A stretch of 50,299 bases of DNA from assembly GCA_018823045.1 (NCBI GenBank), contig JAHJIX010000017.1:1-50299 (forward strand). The letters run 5' to 3'. Below the pieces are notes generated by a model. It saw nothing but the letters and a program-made list of their open reading frames with translations. It did no database searches and was not told the origin of the DNA. Positions 8,656-17,936 of the stretch are shown in pieces. The DNA is from Patescibacteria group bacterium (GTDB lineage: Bacteria; Patescibacteriota; Patescibacteriia; Magasanikbacterales; UBA922). How positions within the stretch are numbered: the stretch's first letter is position 1; the number at the start of each line of letters is the position of its first letter. The position numbers and the translations under genes were made by a program.

Positions 8656-9333
8656 TTAAAATAAAAAAGTATATACACTCCAAAAAAGAACTACTACACC
8701 TAAAAACATACTTATTTTTGAATTTAATACATGAGATCTAGATAAGTTGCGATTTTCGTGAACCAACATTCTTTTAGATTCAAATATATTCACGACATCT
8801 TCATACGAGTACATCTTTTCTACAGGAACACCCCAAAACTTTTTCTTTAAAAAGAAAAGCATTGGTTCACCCTGCGAAAAAGAGAAATAGAAAATATGAG
8901 ATCTCATATTTTTAAATTTCACTTCAAATGTTTCTATATTTTTTAACGCAGAACGAGGAAAAACTTTTAACACAATTCCGTTCTTCTTGATATAGACAGT
9001 ATCTTCTTTAATACTTATATATACAGGACTTCCTACCAATCCCCATATATACAGGAAAATGTTACACACTACATGTAAAAATCCAGCAAATATAACACTT
9101 AACATCACATATACTAACACATTACTCCAGAAATCACGATTTCCTTTCAAAAAAACAAAAAAACTGATATCAAAATACAATCCGATACCTAAAATGATTA
9201 TACCAATAGGGATCAAAGCCATTAAGGCCCAAATAATATATATAAAAGCATCACTGAGTGAATACAAAAAACGAACCACCTTCACTGGCTTCTGTTTCCA
9301 AATTACTTCTGGTAATATTATTTCTGTTTCCAT
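8656..9333 (-). CDS. hypothetical membrane protein (paralog of 9362-10069)
   Basis: Two N-terminal TMs, soluble domain with KNIETF and F..G.EP, C-terminal TM. Confidence 0.7.
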   Translation of the reverse strand: METEIILPEVIWKQKPVKVVRFLYSLSDAFIYIIWALMALIPIGIIILGIGLYFDISFFVFLKGNRDFWSNVLVYVMLSVIFAGFLHVVCNIFLYIWGLVGSPVYISIKEDTVYIKKNGIVLKVFPRSALKNIETFEVKFKNMRSHIFYFSFSQGEPMLFFLKKKFWGVPVEKMYSYEDVVNIFESKRMLVHENRNLSRSHVLNSKISMFLGVVVLFWSVYTFLF

Positions 9334-9343
9334 ATAACATCAT

Positions 9344-9360
9344 TTACAACTGAGACATAA
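9344..9360 (-). repeat. relic duplicate of the TrmH-family gene 3' end (MSQL*)
   Basis: TTATGTCTCAGTTGTAA versus TTATGTCTCAACTATAA at 10091-10107; 14/17 nt, all differences synonymous. Confidence 0.6.
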
Positions 9361-9361
9361 G

Positions 9362-10069
9362 CTACATAAAATATCTTAAATAAACCCCTACCAATATAAT
9401 TACAGCTCCTATCCACATAATTCTAGGAGAATGGAATATTGTTTTTGGAAAAAATTGGTTATTCCCTTTATGGCCTTCAATATACCCTCGCTCAACTTCA
9501 ATGTTTTCTTTTTTCAATAAATCCATAACCTCATACAGAGTATAACTGTTTTTAAGACTACTCCCTAGTGGTGCATCTCGTAAAAACAAGGAAACAGGCT
9601 CTCTTCCATCATTAAATGAGATATTACAAATCTTAATTTTTGCATATCTTACCAACATAAATGAAAAAAAGAAGGTCTCGATATTTTTTATTGATGATAT
9701 TGGATAACTATCTTTTATCTTTCCTTTTTTCGTTTTTACATATAATGTTTCATCTTCAATATGCATATGTGCAATAAATATTGGAAAATAATTACCATTT
9801 GCTACTATAAATGTAATCGCAATATTTAAAACTGCAGTAACGACTAATACTAATGCTGAAAAAACAAAAATATCAACAAAAAAACCATTATCTACCAATA
9901 GACCAAACGCATCAATAGCAAAAAAGATTAATCCTAAACAAAAAAATATAAAAAATAACATTAATGACATTCTTTCTATAGAAAGTAAAAAACGAAGCCT
10001 ACGAAAAGAGGTTCTTGCCCAACGAACATCTGATAATGTCACATTTTGTCCAACTTGTTTATAGTCCAT
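9362..10069 (-). CDS. hypothetical membrane protein (paralog of 8656-9333)
   Basis: Same topology; EDETLYVK, KNIETF, FNDGREP. Confidence 0.7.
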   Translation of the reverse strand: MDYKQVGQNVTLSDVRWARTSFRRLRFLLSIERMSLMLFFIFFCLGLIFFAIDAFGLLVDNGFFVDIFVFSALVLVVTAVLNIAITFIVANGNYFPIFIAHMHIEDETLYVKTKKGKIKDSYPISSIKNIETFFFSFMLVRYAKIKICNISFNDGREPVSLFLRDAPLGSSLKNSYTLYEVMDLLKKENIEVERGYIEGHKGNNQFFPKTIFHSPRIMWIGAVIILVGVYLRYFM

Positions 10070-10090
10070 AGTATATACTATTTAATAATC

Positions 10091-10819
10091 TTATAGTTGA
10101 GACATAACAATCCCCCCAGCAATCGCCACATTCAGTGACTCTGCTTGTCCTTTTCCGGGGATAGTGTAGCGTGTATCGACAAGAGAATCAACTTCTTTAG
10201 ATAATCCATGTGATTCACTTCCGAGTACCAGACAAACATTTCCTTGTGGCAGTGTTTGGAGTGGCTCTCCATCAAGAGAAAGACCAATACACTGATACCC
10301 AGCATCTTTTAGCTGATGAAATGCCTGATACTCAACATCAACATGTACCGGAAAATGAAACAATGACCCCATCGTGCTTCGTACTAATTTAGGATTATAC
10401 AAATCAACACAATGCTCAGATAAGATCACGCCAGCAACACCAAACCAATCTGCCGTACGAATGAGTGTACCTACATTGCCCGGATCTTTTAGTCCATCTA
10501 AATACAGAACTGGACCACCCTCAGGTAATTTACCCAAAGGAATTTTAGCAACTGCCATTACTCCAGGAAAAGTATCTGTACTACTCATTTGATTTGCATC
10601 TTTTACAGAAAGTCGCTCAACCGGTACTCCTTTTTTATATGCGCTAGCAATAATTGGTGCAATCGCATCATCTTGCTCTCGCCCTTCTTCAATATATACC
10701 GTTACCGTACTGTATGATGAAGCTAGCAGTTCTCCTACCCCTTTTACTCCTTCAACAATAAATTGCTGTTCTTCTCTGCGAAACTTTTTTTGCAATAATT
10801 TTTTGAGTTGTTTTTTCAT
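10091..10819 (-). CDS. TrmH/SpoU family RNA 2'-O-methyltransferase
   Basis: DPGNVGTLIRTADWFG, VLGSESHGL, ESLNVAIAG SPOUT motifs. Confidence 0.93.
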   Translation of the reverse strand: MKKQLKKLLQKKFRREEQQFIVEGVKGVGELLASSYSTVTVYIEEGREQDDAIAPIIASAYKKGVPVERLSVKDANQMSSTDTFPGVMAVAKIPLGKLPEGGPVLYLDGLKDPGNVGTLIRTADWFGVAGVILSEHCVDLYNPKLVRSTMGSLFHFPVHVDVEYQAFHQLKDAGYQCIGLSLDGEPLQTLPQGNVCLVLGSESHGLSKEVDSLVDTRYTIPGKGQAESLNVAIAGGIVMSQL

Positions 10820-10823
10820 ATAT

Positions 10824-11573
10824 TTATTTTGTTATTTTTTCTTTTATACAAAGAGATGAAAATACCACAAACGCCTTCCAAATCCGTTTCCACCGAGATG
10901 GCTGACGAATCAAACGCCAGAGCCATTCAAAACCAAGTATCCGAACGATCTTTGGTGCACGCACTTGCTTGCCTGATAAAAAATCAAATGTTCCACCGAT
11001 ACCCATTGCAACTTTCACACTTGGGAGACTTGGCAAATGTTCATACATCCATTTTTCTTGTTTTTTATGCCCAAATGCAACAAATAATATATCTGGAGCG
11101 CTTAAAATAATATCTTCAAGTACAGCATCTTGTTCTGTAGGATTAAGATAAATCAGGCGCTCGCCTTCTTCTTTTAGCTGCGGCCCTTTGTGCACACCGG
11201 CAATACGAAGATTTGGATACTTCTCTTGCAAATAGACTTTTGTTTTTTTGAGCACGTCATCATCTCCTGAACCGAGCAAATAGACACTTTTCCATTCGTT
11301 TTCTGCCAATGCACAGATATCTTGCATCAAATCTACTCCTGTAATACGTGGAATACGTCCTTTACTCCATAATTGAATCCCTTTGCCATCACAGACATTT
11401 ATGTCTCCATTATTTAATACTTCTTTAAAATAATGATCTGTTTGTGCATCTACCAACATTTCTGGATTTGGAGTGAAAAGTAAATATTGCTTTTGTGTAG
11501 CCAAAATTCGCTTGATTGTCTCAAGAATTTCATTCTTTTTATATGTATCAATGCGAATATCTAAACAATGCAT
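10824..11573 (-). CDS. WecB/TagA/CpsF family glycosyltransferase
   Basis: TPNPEM, CDGKGI, RITGVDL, FVAFGHKKQEKW, GIGGTFDF, GFEWLWRL; start moved to MHCLD at 11573. Confidence 0.93.
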   Translation of the reverse strand: MHCLDIRIDTYKKNEILETIKRILATQKQYLLFTPNPEMLVDAQTDHYFKEVLNNGDINVCDGKGIQLWSKGRIPRITGVDLMQDICALAENEWKSVYLLGSGDDDVLKKTKVYLQEKYPNLRIAGVHKGPQLKEEGERLIYLNPTEQDAVLEDIILSAPDILFVAFGHKKQEKWMYEHLPSLPSVKVAMGIGGTFDFLSGKQVRAPKIVRILGFEWLWRLIRQPSRWKRIWKAFVVFSSLCIKEKITK

Positions 11574-11608
11574 ATAAATTTTGCTAATTATAAAGTAATT
11601 TACCACAG

Positions 11609-11636
11609 TTGACAGTTTTTTTCAATATGGTATAGT
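11609..11636 (+). promoter_or_regulatory. clpB promoter candidate
   Basis: TTGACA (11609-11614), 16-bp spacer, TGn-TATAGT extended -10. Confidence 0.6.
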
Positions 11637-11640
11637 ATAT

Positions 11641-11667
11641 TTATCACTCTCTGTACAAGAGTGATAA
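11641..11667 (+). promoter_or_regulatory. CIRCE (HrcA operator) variant
   Basis: TTATCACTC-N9-GAGTGATAA versus consensus TTAGCACTC-N9-GAGTGCTAA, upstream of clpB. Confidence 0.8.
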
Positions 11668-11682
11668 TAATTAATGAATATT

Positions 11683-11796
11683 CTCCCCCTACGAGGGGGA
11701 GTTAGAGGGGGTCTATCTTCGCAATTGATATTGGTATTGGTTAATCCTTAATCAACTCTCCGGCAGACCCCACCTAACCTCCCCTTATAGGGGAGG
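11683..11796 (+). mobile_element. empty REPIN/MITE-like element, copy A (DUF559-associated family)
   Basis: Left end CTCCCCCTACGAGGGGGAGTTAGAGGGGGTC, 52-bp spacer, right end GACCCCACCTAACCTCCCCTTATAGGGGAGG. Confidence 0.88.
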
Positions 11797-11867
11797 AATT
11801 AAAAAATAAGTTACCCGCCCAAGGTGGGCAAACAAGTTATAAGTTACACGTTATAAGCTACAAATAT

Positions 11868-14510
11868 ATGTTTAACCCACAACAATTTACCCACAAATCA
11901 CAAGAAGCACTTGGGCGTGCCAGTGCTATCGCTCATGAAAATGGGCAACCGCAAATTGAACCTCCACACCTCTTTTTATCTCTCCTTGAGCAAACAGATG
12001 GGGTGGTTATTTCTATTTTACAAAAAGGAAATATTAATATTGATCAGCTCACCAAAAATATTCAGCAGATGATTAATGCGCTCCCAAAACAATTTGGAAA
12101 TATGGGTGGTGGTCTTGGCCAAATTATGCTTGGACAAGCCATGATGCATATGCTAGGGCAAGCGCATGATGAATCAAAAAATATGGGAGACGACTATATT
12201 TCTGTTGAACATATTCTTTTAGCCTACACCAAACAAAAAAATCCGATCAGCGATATTTTAGCAAATCAAGGACTTGATTATAAAACAATTTTAACCGTAT
12301 TAGCAGAAGTACGAGGCAACCAAAAAGTTGACTCCCCTTCTCCAGAAAACACCTACCAAGCTCTTGAAAAATACGGGACAAACTTTACTGATCTTGCACG
12401 CAAAGAAAAACTTGACCCAGTCATCGGTCGAGATGAAGAAATTCGTCGCGTCATGCAAGTCATTACACGCCGAACAAAAAACAATCCAGTGCTTATTGGA
12501 GAACCAGGTGTAGGAAAAACGGCAATTGTCGAAGGACTCGCTCAACGTATTGTCAATGGAGATGTCCCAGAATCACTCAAAGACAAAGAAATTATAGGGC
12601 TTGATATTGGTGCACTCATTGCTGGGACAAAATTTCGTGGTGAATTTGAAGAACGTTTCAAAGCCACACTCAAAGAAGTAGAAAAATCAAAAGGCAAAGT
12701 CATTCTCTTTATTGATGAATTGCATACCCTTATGGGTGCAGGTTCAAGTGACGGCAGTGTGGACGCAAGTAATATGATTAAACCGGCCCTTGCTCGTGGA
12801 GAACTCCGAACGGTTGGTGCAACAACACTCAAAGAATACCAAAAACATATTGAAAAAGATGCTGCATTTGAACGACGCTTTCAACCCGTGATGGTTCTTG
12901 AACCAGAGCAAGACGATGCCATTGCAATATTGCGTGGTATTAAAGAAAAATATGAAGTGCATCATGGAGTGCGCATTACTGACCCGGCTATTGTTGCTGC
13001 GGTAGAGCTGTCTAGTCGCTATATTTCTGATCGATTTTTACCAGATAAAGCGATTGATCTAATTGATGAAGCAACGTCAGCCCTACGTATGGAAATTGAC
13101 TCTATGCCAGATGAACTGGATCGCTTAAAACGCCAGATGATGAAATACGAAATTGAGATTGAAGCACTCAAAAAAGAAAAAGATACTGATTCAAAAAATC
13201 GACTTGCACATATTAAAAAAGAATTAGAAAACTTACGAGAAGAAAGTACAGAGCTTGAAATTCATTGGAAAAATGAAAAAGAAATCATTACCCACATTCG
13301 TGAATCCAAAAAAGAAATCGATGAACTCAAACAAGAAGCAGAAATTACAGAAAGACAAGGAGATTTACAAAAAGTAGCAGAAATTCGCTATGACCAAATT
13401 CCACAAAAAGAAAAAAATATTCAAGAATTAGAAATAAAACTCAAAGATATTCAACAAGACCGTGGTATTTTAAAAGAAGAAGTAACTGATGAAGATATAG
13501 CGAGCGTTGTCTCAAGATGGACCGGCATTCCTGTATCAAAAATGCTTCAAAGTGAAAGTGAAAAATTAACCAAACTCGAAGAAGTACTTGCCAAACGTGT
13601 GATTGGCCAAGACGAAGCTATTGCCGCGGTGTCTCACGCCATTCGTCGCTCTCGCGCTGGAATTTCAGAAGAAAAACGCCCGATTGGTTCCTTTATGTTT
13701 ATGGGACCAACCGGAGTTGGAAAAACAGAACTTGCAAAAGCGCTCGCAGAAGTACTCTTTAACGATGAAGAAGCTATTGTACGCGTAGACATGAGTGAAT
13801 ACATGGAAAAACATTCCGTTAGTAAAATGATGGGCGCAGCACCTGGCTATGTTGGCTATGAAGAAGGCGGTCAACTCACAGAAAAAATCCGTCGCCGACC
13901 ATATTCTGTTATTTTGTTTGATGAAATAGAAAAAGCACACGGAGATGTCTTTAACGTCATGCTCCAAATTTTAGATGATGGCCAATTAACTGATGCAAAA
14001 GGACGCAAAGTCAACTTTAAAAACACCGTCATTATCATGACCAGTAACGTTGGCTCAAGCATGATCATGAACCTCAGTCGCAAAGGTGAATTTGGATTTG
14101 GAGAACAACAAACACATGGCCTGAAAGAAAATGAAGATTTGATTAAGAAAAAACTTATGGATACCCTTCAAGAACACTTTAAACCAGAATTTCTCAACCG
14201 TGTGGACGATATTATCATGTTCCACCCACTCGAAGAAAAAGAAATCCGCTCAATTATTGAATTACAATTAACACATATTGAATCACGGATTGCAGAAAAG
14301 AAAATCACGCTTGATGTACTCAAAAGTGCAAAAGATTGGCTAGCTAAAAAAGGCTATGATCCAGAATTTGGCGCCCGCCCACTCAAACGAGTCCTCCAAA
14401 GAGAACTCCTGGACCCTCTTGCGATGATGATTATCGAAGGCAGCCTTGCAGAAGGTGATCATGTGAAAGTAAGAGTCGCAAAAGATGAACTGGTGATTGA
14501 AAAGAGGTAA
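11868..14510 (+). CDS. clpB: ATP-dependent chaperone ClpB
   Basis: Clp N-domain, two Walker A motifs ([16 protein letters not shown]), coiled-coil middle domain, GARPLKR. Confidence 0.98.
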   Translation: MFNPQQFTHKSQEALGRASAIAHENGQPQIEPPHLFLSLLEQTDGVVISILQKGNINIDQLTKNIQQMINALPKQFGNMGGGLGQIMLGQAMMHMLGQAHDESKNMGDDYISVEHILLAYTKQKNPISDILANQGLDYKTILTVLAEVRGNQKVDSPSPENTYQALEKYGTNFTDLARKEKLDPVIGRDEEIRRVMQVITRRTKNNPVLIGEPGVGKTAIVEGLAQRIVNGDVPESLKDKEIIGLDIGALIAGTKFRGEFEERFKATLKEVEKSKGKVILFIDELHTLMGAGSSDGSVDASNMIKPALARGELRTVGATTLKEYQKHIEKDAAFERRFQPVMVLEPEQDDAIAILRGIKEKYEVHHGVRITDPAIVAAVELSSRYISDRFLPDKAIDLIDEATSALRMEIDSMPDELDRLKRQMMKYEIEIEALKKEKDTDSKNRLAHIKKELENLREESTELEIHWKNEKEIITHIRESKKEIDELKQEAEITERQGDLQKVAEIRYDQIPQKEKNIQELEIKLKDIQQDRGILKEEVTDEDIASVVSRWTGIPVSKMLQSESEKLTKLEEVLAKRVIGQDEAIAAVSHAIRRSRAGISEEKRPIGSFMFMGPTGVGKTELAKALAEVLFNDEEAIVRVDMSEYMEKHSVSKMMGAAPGYVGYEEGGQLTEKIRRRPYSVILFDEIEKAHGDVFNVMLQILDDGQLTDAKGRKVNFKNTVIIMTSNVGSSMIMNLSRKGEFGFGEQQTHGLKENEDLIKKKLMDTLQEHFKPEFLNRVDDIIMFHPLEEKEIRSIIELQLTHIESRIAEKKITLDVLKSAKDWLAKKGYDPEFGARPLKRVLQRELLDPLAMMIIEGSLAEGDHVKVRVAKDELVIEKR

Positions 14511-14522
14511 GATAAAAAAAAT

Positions 14523-14550
14523 AAACCACCGTATTGGTGGTTTATTTTTT
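14523..14550. terminator. bidirectional intrinsic terminator after clpB
   Basis: AAACCACC-GTATT-GGTGGTTT with A and T tracts on both sides. Confidence 0.8.
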
Positions 14551-14574
14551 TATATTTTTTCTTATTTTATATAA

Positions 14575-14637
14575 TCACCATCCAATAATACCTACAGACA
14601 CAATAATAATCCCTGTTATTATTGGGAATTTTAGCAT
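14575..14637 (-). CDS. candidate 20-aa hydrophobic small protein (MLKFPIITGIIIVSVGIIGW)
   Basis: ORF below the track cutoff; AAAGGAGG upstream (15-nt spacing to ATG) and TATAAT; one TM-length hydrophobic run. Confidence 0.4.
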   Translation of the reverse strand: MLKFPIITGIIIVSVGIIGW

Positions 14638-14719
14638 AGTAATAATATATAACCTCCTTTACTATTATAACACAAAAGCTCCTGATAATATCAAGAGCTT
14701 TATATATATTTTTTTCCTA

Positions 14720-15736
14720 CTACTCTCCCCCACAAACCGTCTCTATAATCGCTGTACATACTTCATACGGATCCATATTTGCTGCTGGGCGACGATCTTC
14801 TAAATACCCTTTCCCTTCTGCTGCAACGTGTGCTGGAACGCGGATAGATGCACCACGATCGCTAATACCATATCTAAATTCACCAATGTGACATGTTTCA
14901 TGATGACCCGTGAGTCGCTCTTCATTATGCGCGCCATAGAGTTTCATCATGTCGATATGTTTTTTGCCTAATTTTTCTATTGCAAATTGAATATAATTAA
15001 TTCCACCCTCTTCTCGCATGAGCTTTGTACTATAATTGGTATGTGCTCCCGCTCCATTCCAATCTCCTTTGACTGGTTTTGGATACAGTGTTGCATATAC
15101 TCCATATTTTTCTGCAATTCTATACAACAACCAACGACTAATCCACAATTGATCTGACACAGATAAGGCATCGAGAGTTCCTACTTGAAATTCCCATTGT
15201 GATGGCATCACTTCTGCATTAATTCCCTCAAAAGAAATCCCTGCAGCAAGGCATGCATGCATATGCTCTTCGACAATTGGTCGCCCAAATACTTCATCAG
15301 CACCAACACCACAATAATATCCACCTTGTGGTGCAGGAAAACCATTATCTGGCCATCCAAGTGGTTTGTTTCCTTTAAATAAGGTGTATTCTTGTTCAAT
15401 ACCAAATAATGATCCTTGTGATTCATAGCGTGCGGCAACAGTTCTCAGTTCAGCTCGTGTATTTGATGGGTGTGGTGAACCATCTGGAAGCAAAACCTCA
15501 CAAAGTACTAAAATATTGTTATTTCCTCTTAATGGATCTAAAATATGATAAACAGGGCGTAAAATACAATCGCTTTCTACTCCTTTTGCTTGATAGGTAC
15601 TTGACCCATCAAACGACCAATCTGGGATATCTTCTAATTGAAGAACATCATGACGAAGGACTTTTGTCTTTGAACGTAATTTCTTTGTCGGCTGATTTCC
15701 ATCAACCCAAATATACTCAGCAATAGTGTGTCCCAT
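14720..15736 (-). CDS. glnII: glutamine synthetase type II
   Basis: AEYIWVDG, WSFDGSST, GINAEVMPSQWEFQVG, DWNGAGAHTN, RLTGHHET, GYLEDRRP; ~338 aa fits GSII; start moved to 15736. Confidence 0.93.
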   Translation of the reverse strand: MGHTIAEYIWVDGNQPTKKLRSKTKVLRHDVLQLEDIPDWSFDGSSTYQAKGVESDCILRPVYHILDPLRGNNNILVLCEVLLPDGSPHPSNTRAELRTVAARYESQGSLFGIEQEYTLFKGNKPLGWPDNGFPAPQGGYYCGVGADEVFGRPIVEEHMHACLAAGISFEGINAEVMPSQWEFQVGTLDALSVSDQLWISRWLLYRIAEKYGVYATLYPKPVKGDWNGAGAHTNYSTKLMREEGGINYIQFAIEKLGKKHIDMMKLYGAHNEERLTGHHETCHIGEFRYGISDRGASIRVPAHVAAEGKGYLEDRRPAANMDPYEVCTAIIETVCGGE

Positions 15737-15881
15737 ATAAAACGAATTGAGATGTGAATAATCTTCTCTATTTGAGTATAGTAGCATAAGAAAAGCAAGT
15801 TGGCAAAGTATATCATTTGCCTACTATACACCAAACAAAACACAGCCTGTGGACGGCTGTGTTTTTTATATTTTAACATTA

Positions 15882-16226
15882 TTACACTTCAGGAAAAATC
15901 TTTTTCCCCTCTTTATCGTATAAGTGAATTGCAAGCACCGGGCAAGATTGTGCTGCCATAAGCATCATATCTTCATCATATGCATTTGGATCATCAATGT
16001 ATGCAAGATTTTTATCATCCATTTTAAATAAGCCATCAGCAACAACAACACAAGATTGCGCCCCAATACAGGCTTGGCGATCAACAACCACACGACGCAC
16101 AGGGTCGCCCTCTTTTGTTCTAATTGCCTCAGCTTTCCCTTCAGGGATATCTGCAGGAGTTGCTACCTCTGTTTGATTTTCTGCCTCTTGATTGAGCTTA
16201 TCAATATGCTCTTGTGCGTTTGACAT
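15882..16226 (-). CDS. monocluster ferredoxin, probably [3Fe-4S]
   Basis: CIGAQSC...CPVLAI with the second Cys replaced by Ala. Confidence 0.85.
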   Translation of the reverse strand: MSNAQEHIDKLNQEAENQTEVATPADIPEGKAEAIRTKEGDPVRRVVVDRQACIGAQSCVVVADGLFKMDDKNLAYIDDPNAYDEDMMLMAAQSCPVLAIHLYDKEGKKIFPEV

Positions 16227-16280
16227 ATGTTTTTCTTATAACTTATTCGCTTTTGGTAGATAAAATATTTAATGGAAGTC

Positions 16281-16395
16281 CTCCCCCTACGAGGGGGAGT
16301 TAGAGGGGGTCAATCTTTGCAATTAAGACAGGTGTCAATTAATCCTTCTTTTAGCGCTCCGTAAGACCCCACCTAACCTCCCCTTATAGGGGAGG
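16281..16395 (+). mobile_element. empty REPIN/MITE-like element, copy B
   Basis: Both 31-bp ends identical to copy A; 53-bp spacer. Confidence 0.88.
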
Positions 16396-16405
16396 AATTT
16401 TATGT

Positions 16406-16714
16406 TTAAATATCACCTAAAAATTCATCTTTCACATCAATATGTTCTCCTTCTCCTAGACAATCTTCCTTTTCAGCATTATTTACTTTATATACAACAT
16501 TATCTGTTGTACATTCGCAAACTATATGCGTGTCATCGACCTCAACACTGGGTGCATAGCCACAATATCCAAGACAACCACAATAATCCAAATCATATGT
16601 TTTATTAGATTCTCCAGGTTTAAGTTCTGTTGCTTTTGAGAGTGCATCCATAAGTCGTGTTGCTCCAAAAGAGAGACATACACGCCCACGACATACTCGA
16701 ATTTTTTTACTCAT
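16406..16714 (-). CDS. thioredoxin-like [2Fe-2S] ferredoxin
   Basis: CRGRVC...CLGYC (C-x4-C, C-x3-C); start moved to MSKKIRV at 16714. Confidence 0.8.
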   Translation of the reverse strand: MSKKIRVCRGRVCLSFGATRLMDALSKATELKPGESNKTYDLDYCGCLGYCGYAPSVEVDDTHIVCECTTDNVVYKVNNAEKEDCLGEGEHIDVKDEFLGDI

Positions 16715-16728
16715 ATATATAATATACA

Positions 16729-17016
16729 CTAAAATCCCATTTGTTTCCGAATAGATTCTGGTAATTCCCATGGTGGGTCAAAAGTTGTTTCAATAGTAAC
16801 TGTTTCTACTCCAAGTAAATAGATTGCATTGCGAATATCTTCTTCAAGTGTGCCTTTTAATGGACAAGCGGGAGTAGTTAAGGTCATGAGGATATATACT
16901 TCTTTATCACTTTTTATTTCAATTTCGTAAATAAACCCAAGTGCCCAAACATCAACCCCAATATGCGGATCAATCACTGTTTCAAGTGCTTTAATAACTT
17001 GTTCTTTTTTTAGCAT
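16729..17016 (-). CDS. DUF59/SufT-like Fe-S cluster assembly protein
   Basis: VIDPHIGVDVWALGFIY, MTLTTPACP, TFDPPW. Confidence 0.9.
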   Translation of the reverse strand: MLKKEQVIKALETVIDPHIGVDVWALGFIYEIEIKSDKEVYILMTLTTPACPLKGTLEEDIRNAIYLLGVETVTIETTFDPPWELPESIRKQMGF

Positions 17017-17032
17017 AATTGTAAAATCTGCT

Positions 17033-17131
17033 GTTCAGAGAATATCTATATTGTTTTGAACTGTCGCTACACACAGCCAGACGCGTAAAACGACGTCGGC
17101 TTATGAAAAATAATATAGATATTCTCTGAAC
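17033..17131. repeat. long stem-loop (24-bp arms, GC-rich loop) downstream of iscU
   Basis: GTTCAGAGAATATCTATATTGTTT pairs with AAATAATATAGATATTCTCTGAAC (one G-T). Confidence 0.75.
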
Positions 17132-17144
17132 GTAAATAGGTTCT

Positions 17145-17792
17145 TTAACCGTAATACTTCTCAGAATAAAAACGAATCAATTGCTCAATTTCTGGAATAG
17201 CTTCAGGATTCGCTGCACCCACTTTTAATTTCTTTTGTACTTCTTCTACTGTTTGCGCTCCTTCAAGTACAGCTTCTTCAATATCTTTATCCGTAATATT
17301 TAATGTCGCATCAATAACTTTTGCTCCTTGCACAACAATTCGATCATGTTGTCCTGTTTTACGAAACCAATCATTAATTGCTGACTGAAGCGCCTTGTCA
17401 CCGAGGACTGAACAATGGATCTTGCGATTTGGCAATCCATCTAACCGTTTCATAATATCTTGTGGCTTCACTTTTAATGCTTCATCAAGCGTCATTCCCC
17501 CATCTTCAATTAACATCACAGAAAGCATTGATGTTGACGCAATTGCTGAACCACAACCAAAGGTTTGCCACTTACAATCAGTAATTTTTTCTGTTTCTTT
17601 ATCAATTTTCAACCAAATAACCATCTCGTCTCCACACGCAGGAGAACCAACACGCCCCATAGCATCAGCAGCATATGCATCTTCTTCTCCTGCTTTTAAA
17701 ATATTACGGGGATTAAAAAAATGATCCTTTACCATATCACTATAAAGCCATGAACCGCCTTGATTGTCTCTGATTTTTGCTTCTTGTCCCAT
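17145..17792 (-). CDS. iscU: IscU/NifU-type Fe-S scaffold with degenerate C-terminal BFD-like domain
   Basis: GSPACGD, FGCGSAIAS, KIHCSVL; C-terminal ITDKDIEEAV...TVEEVQ lacks Cys ligands. Confidence 0.88.
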   Translation of the reverse strand: MGQEAKIRDNQGGSWLYSDMVKDHFFNPRNILKAGEEDAYAADAMGRVGSPACGDEMVIWLKIDKETEKITDCKWQTFGCGSAIASTSMLSVMLIEDGGMTLDEALKVKPQDIMKRLDGLPNRKIHCSVLGDKALQSAINDWFRKTGQHDRIVVQGAKVIDATLNITDKDIEEAVLEGAQTVEEVQKKLKVGAANPEAIPEIEQLIRFYSEKYYG

Positions 17793-17842
17793 ATATTTTA
17801 ACTAATGTTACGTATATTCCTTATATCATATATAGCTAAGAT

Positions 17843-17911
17843 ATCTCCTTATTTTTTAGGCAGCAACTGTTTGAGTCGGAGCGAGTCTTGATGACTAAAA
17901 AATAAGGAGAT
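17843..17911. repeat. long stem-loop (17-bp perfect arms) between iscS and iscU
   Basis: ATCTCCTTATTTTTTAG ... CTAAAAAATAAGGAGAT around a 35-nt GC-richer loop. Confidence 0.75.
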
Positions 17912-17936
17912 TCGAGGCTAAAAGAATATATATTCA

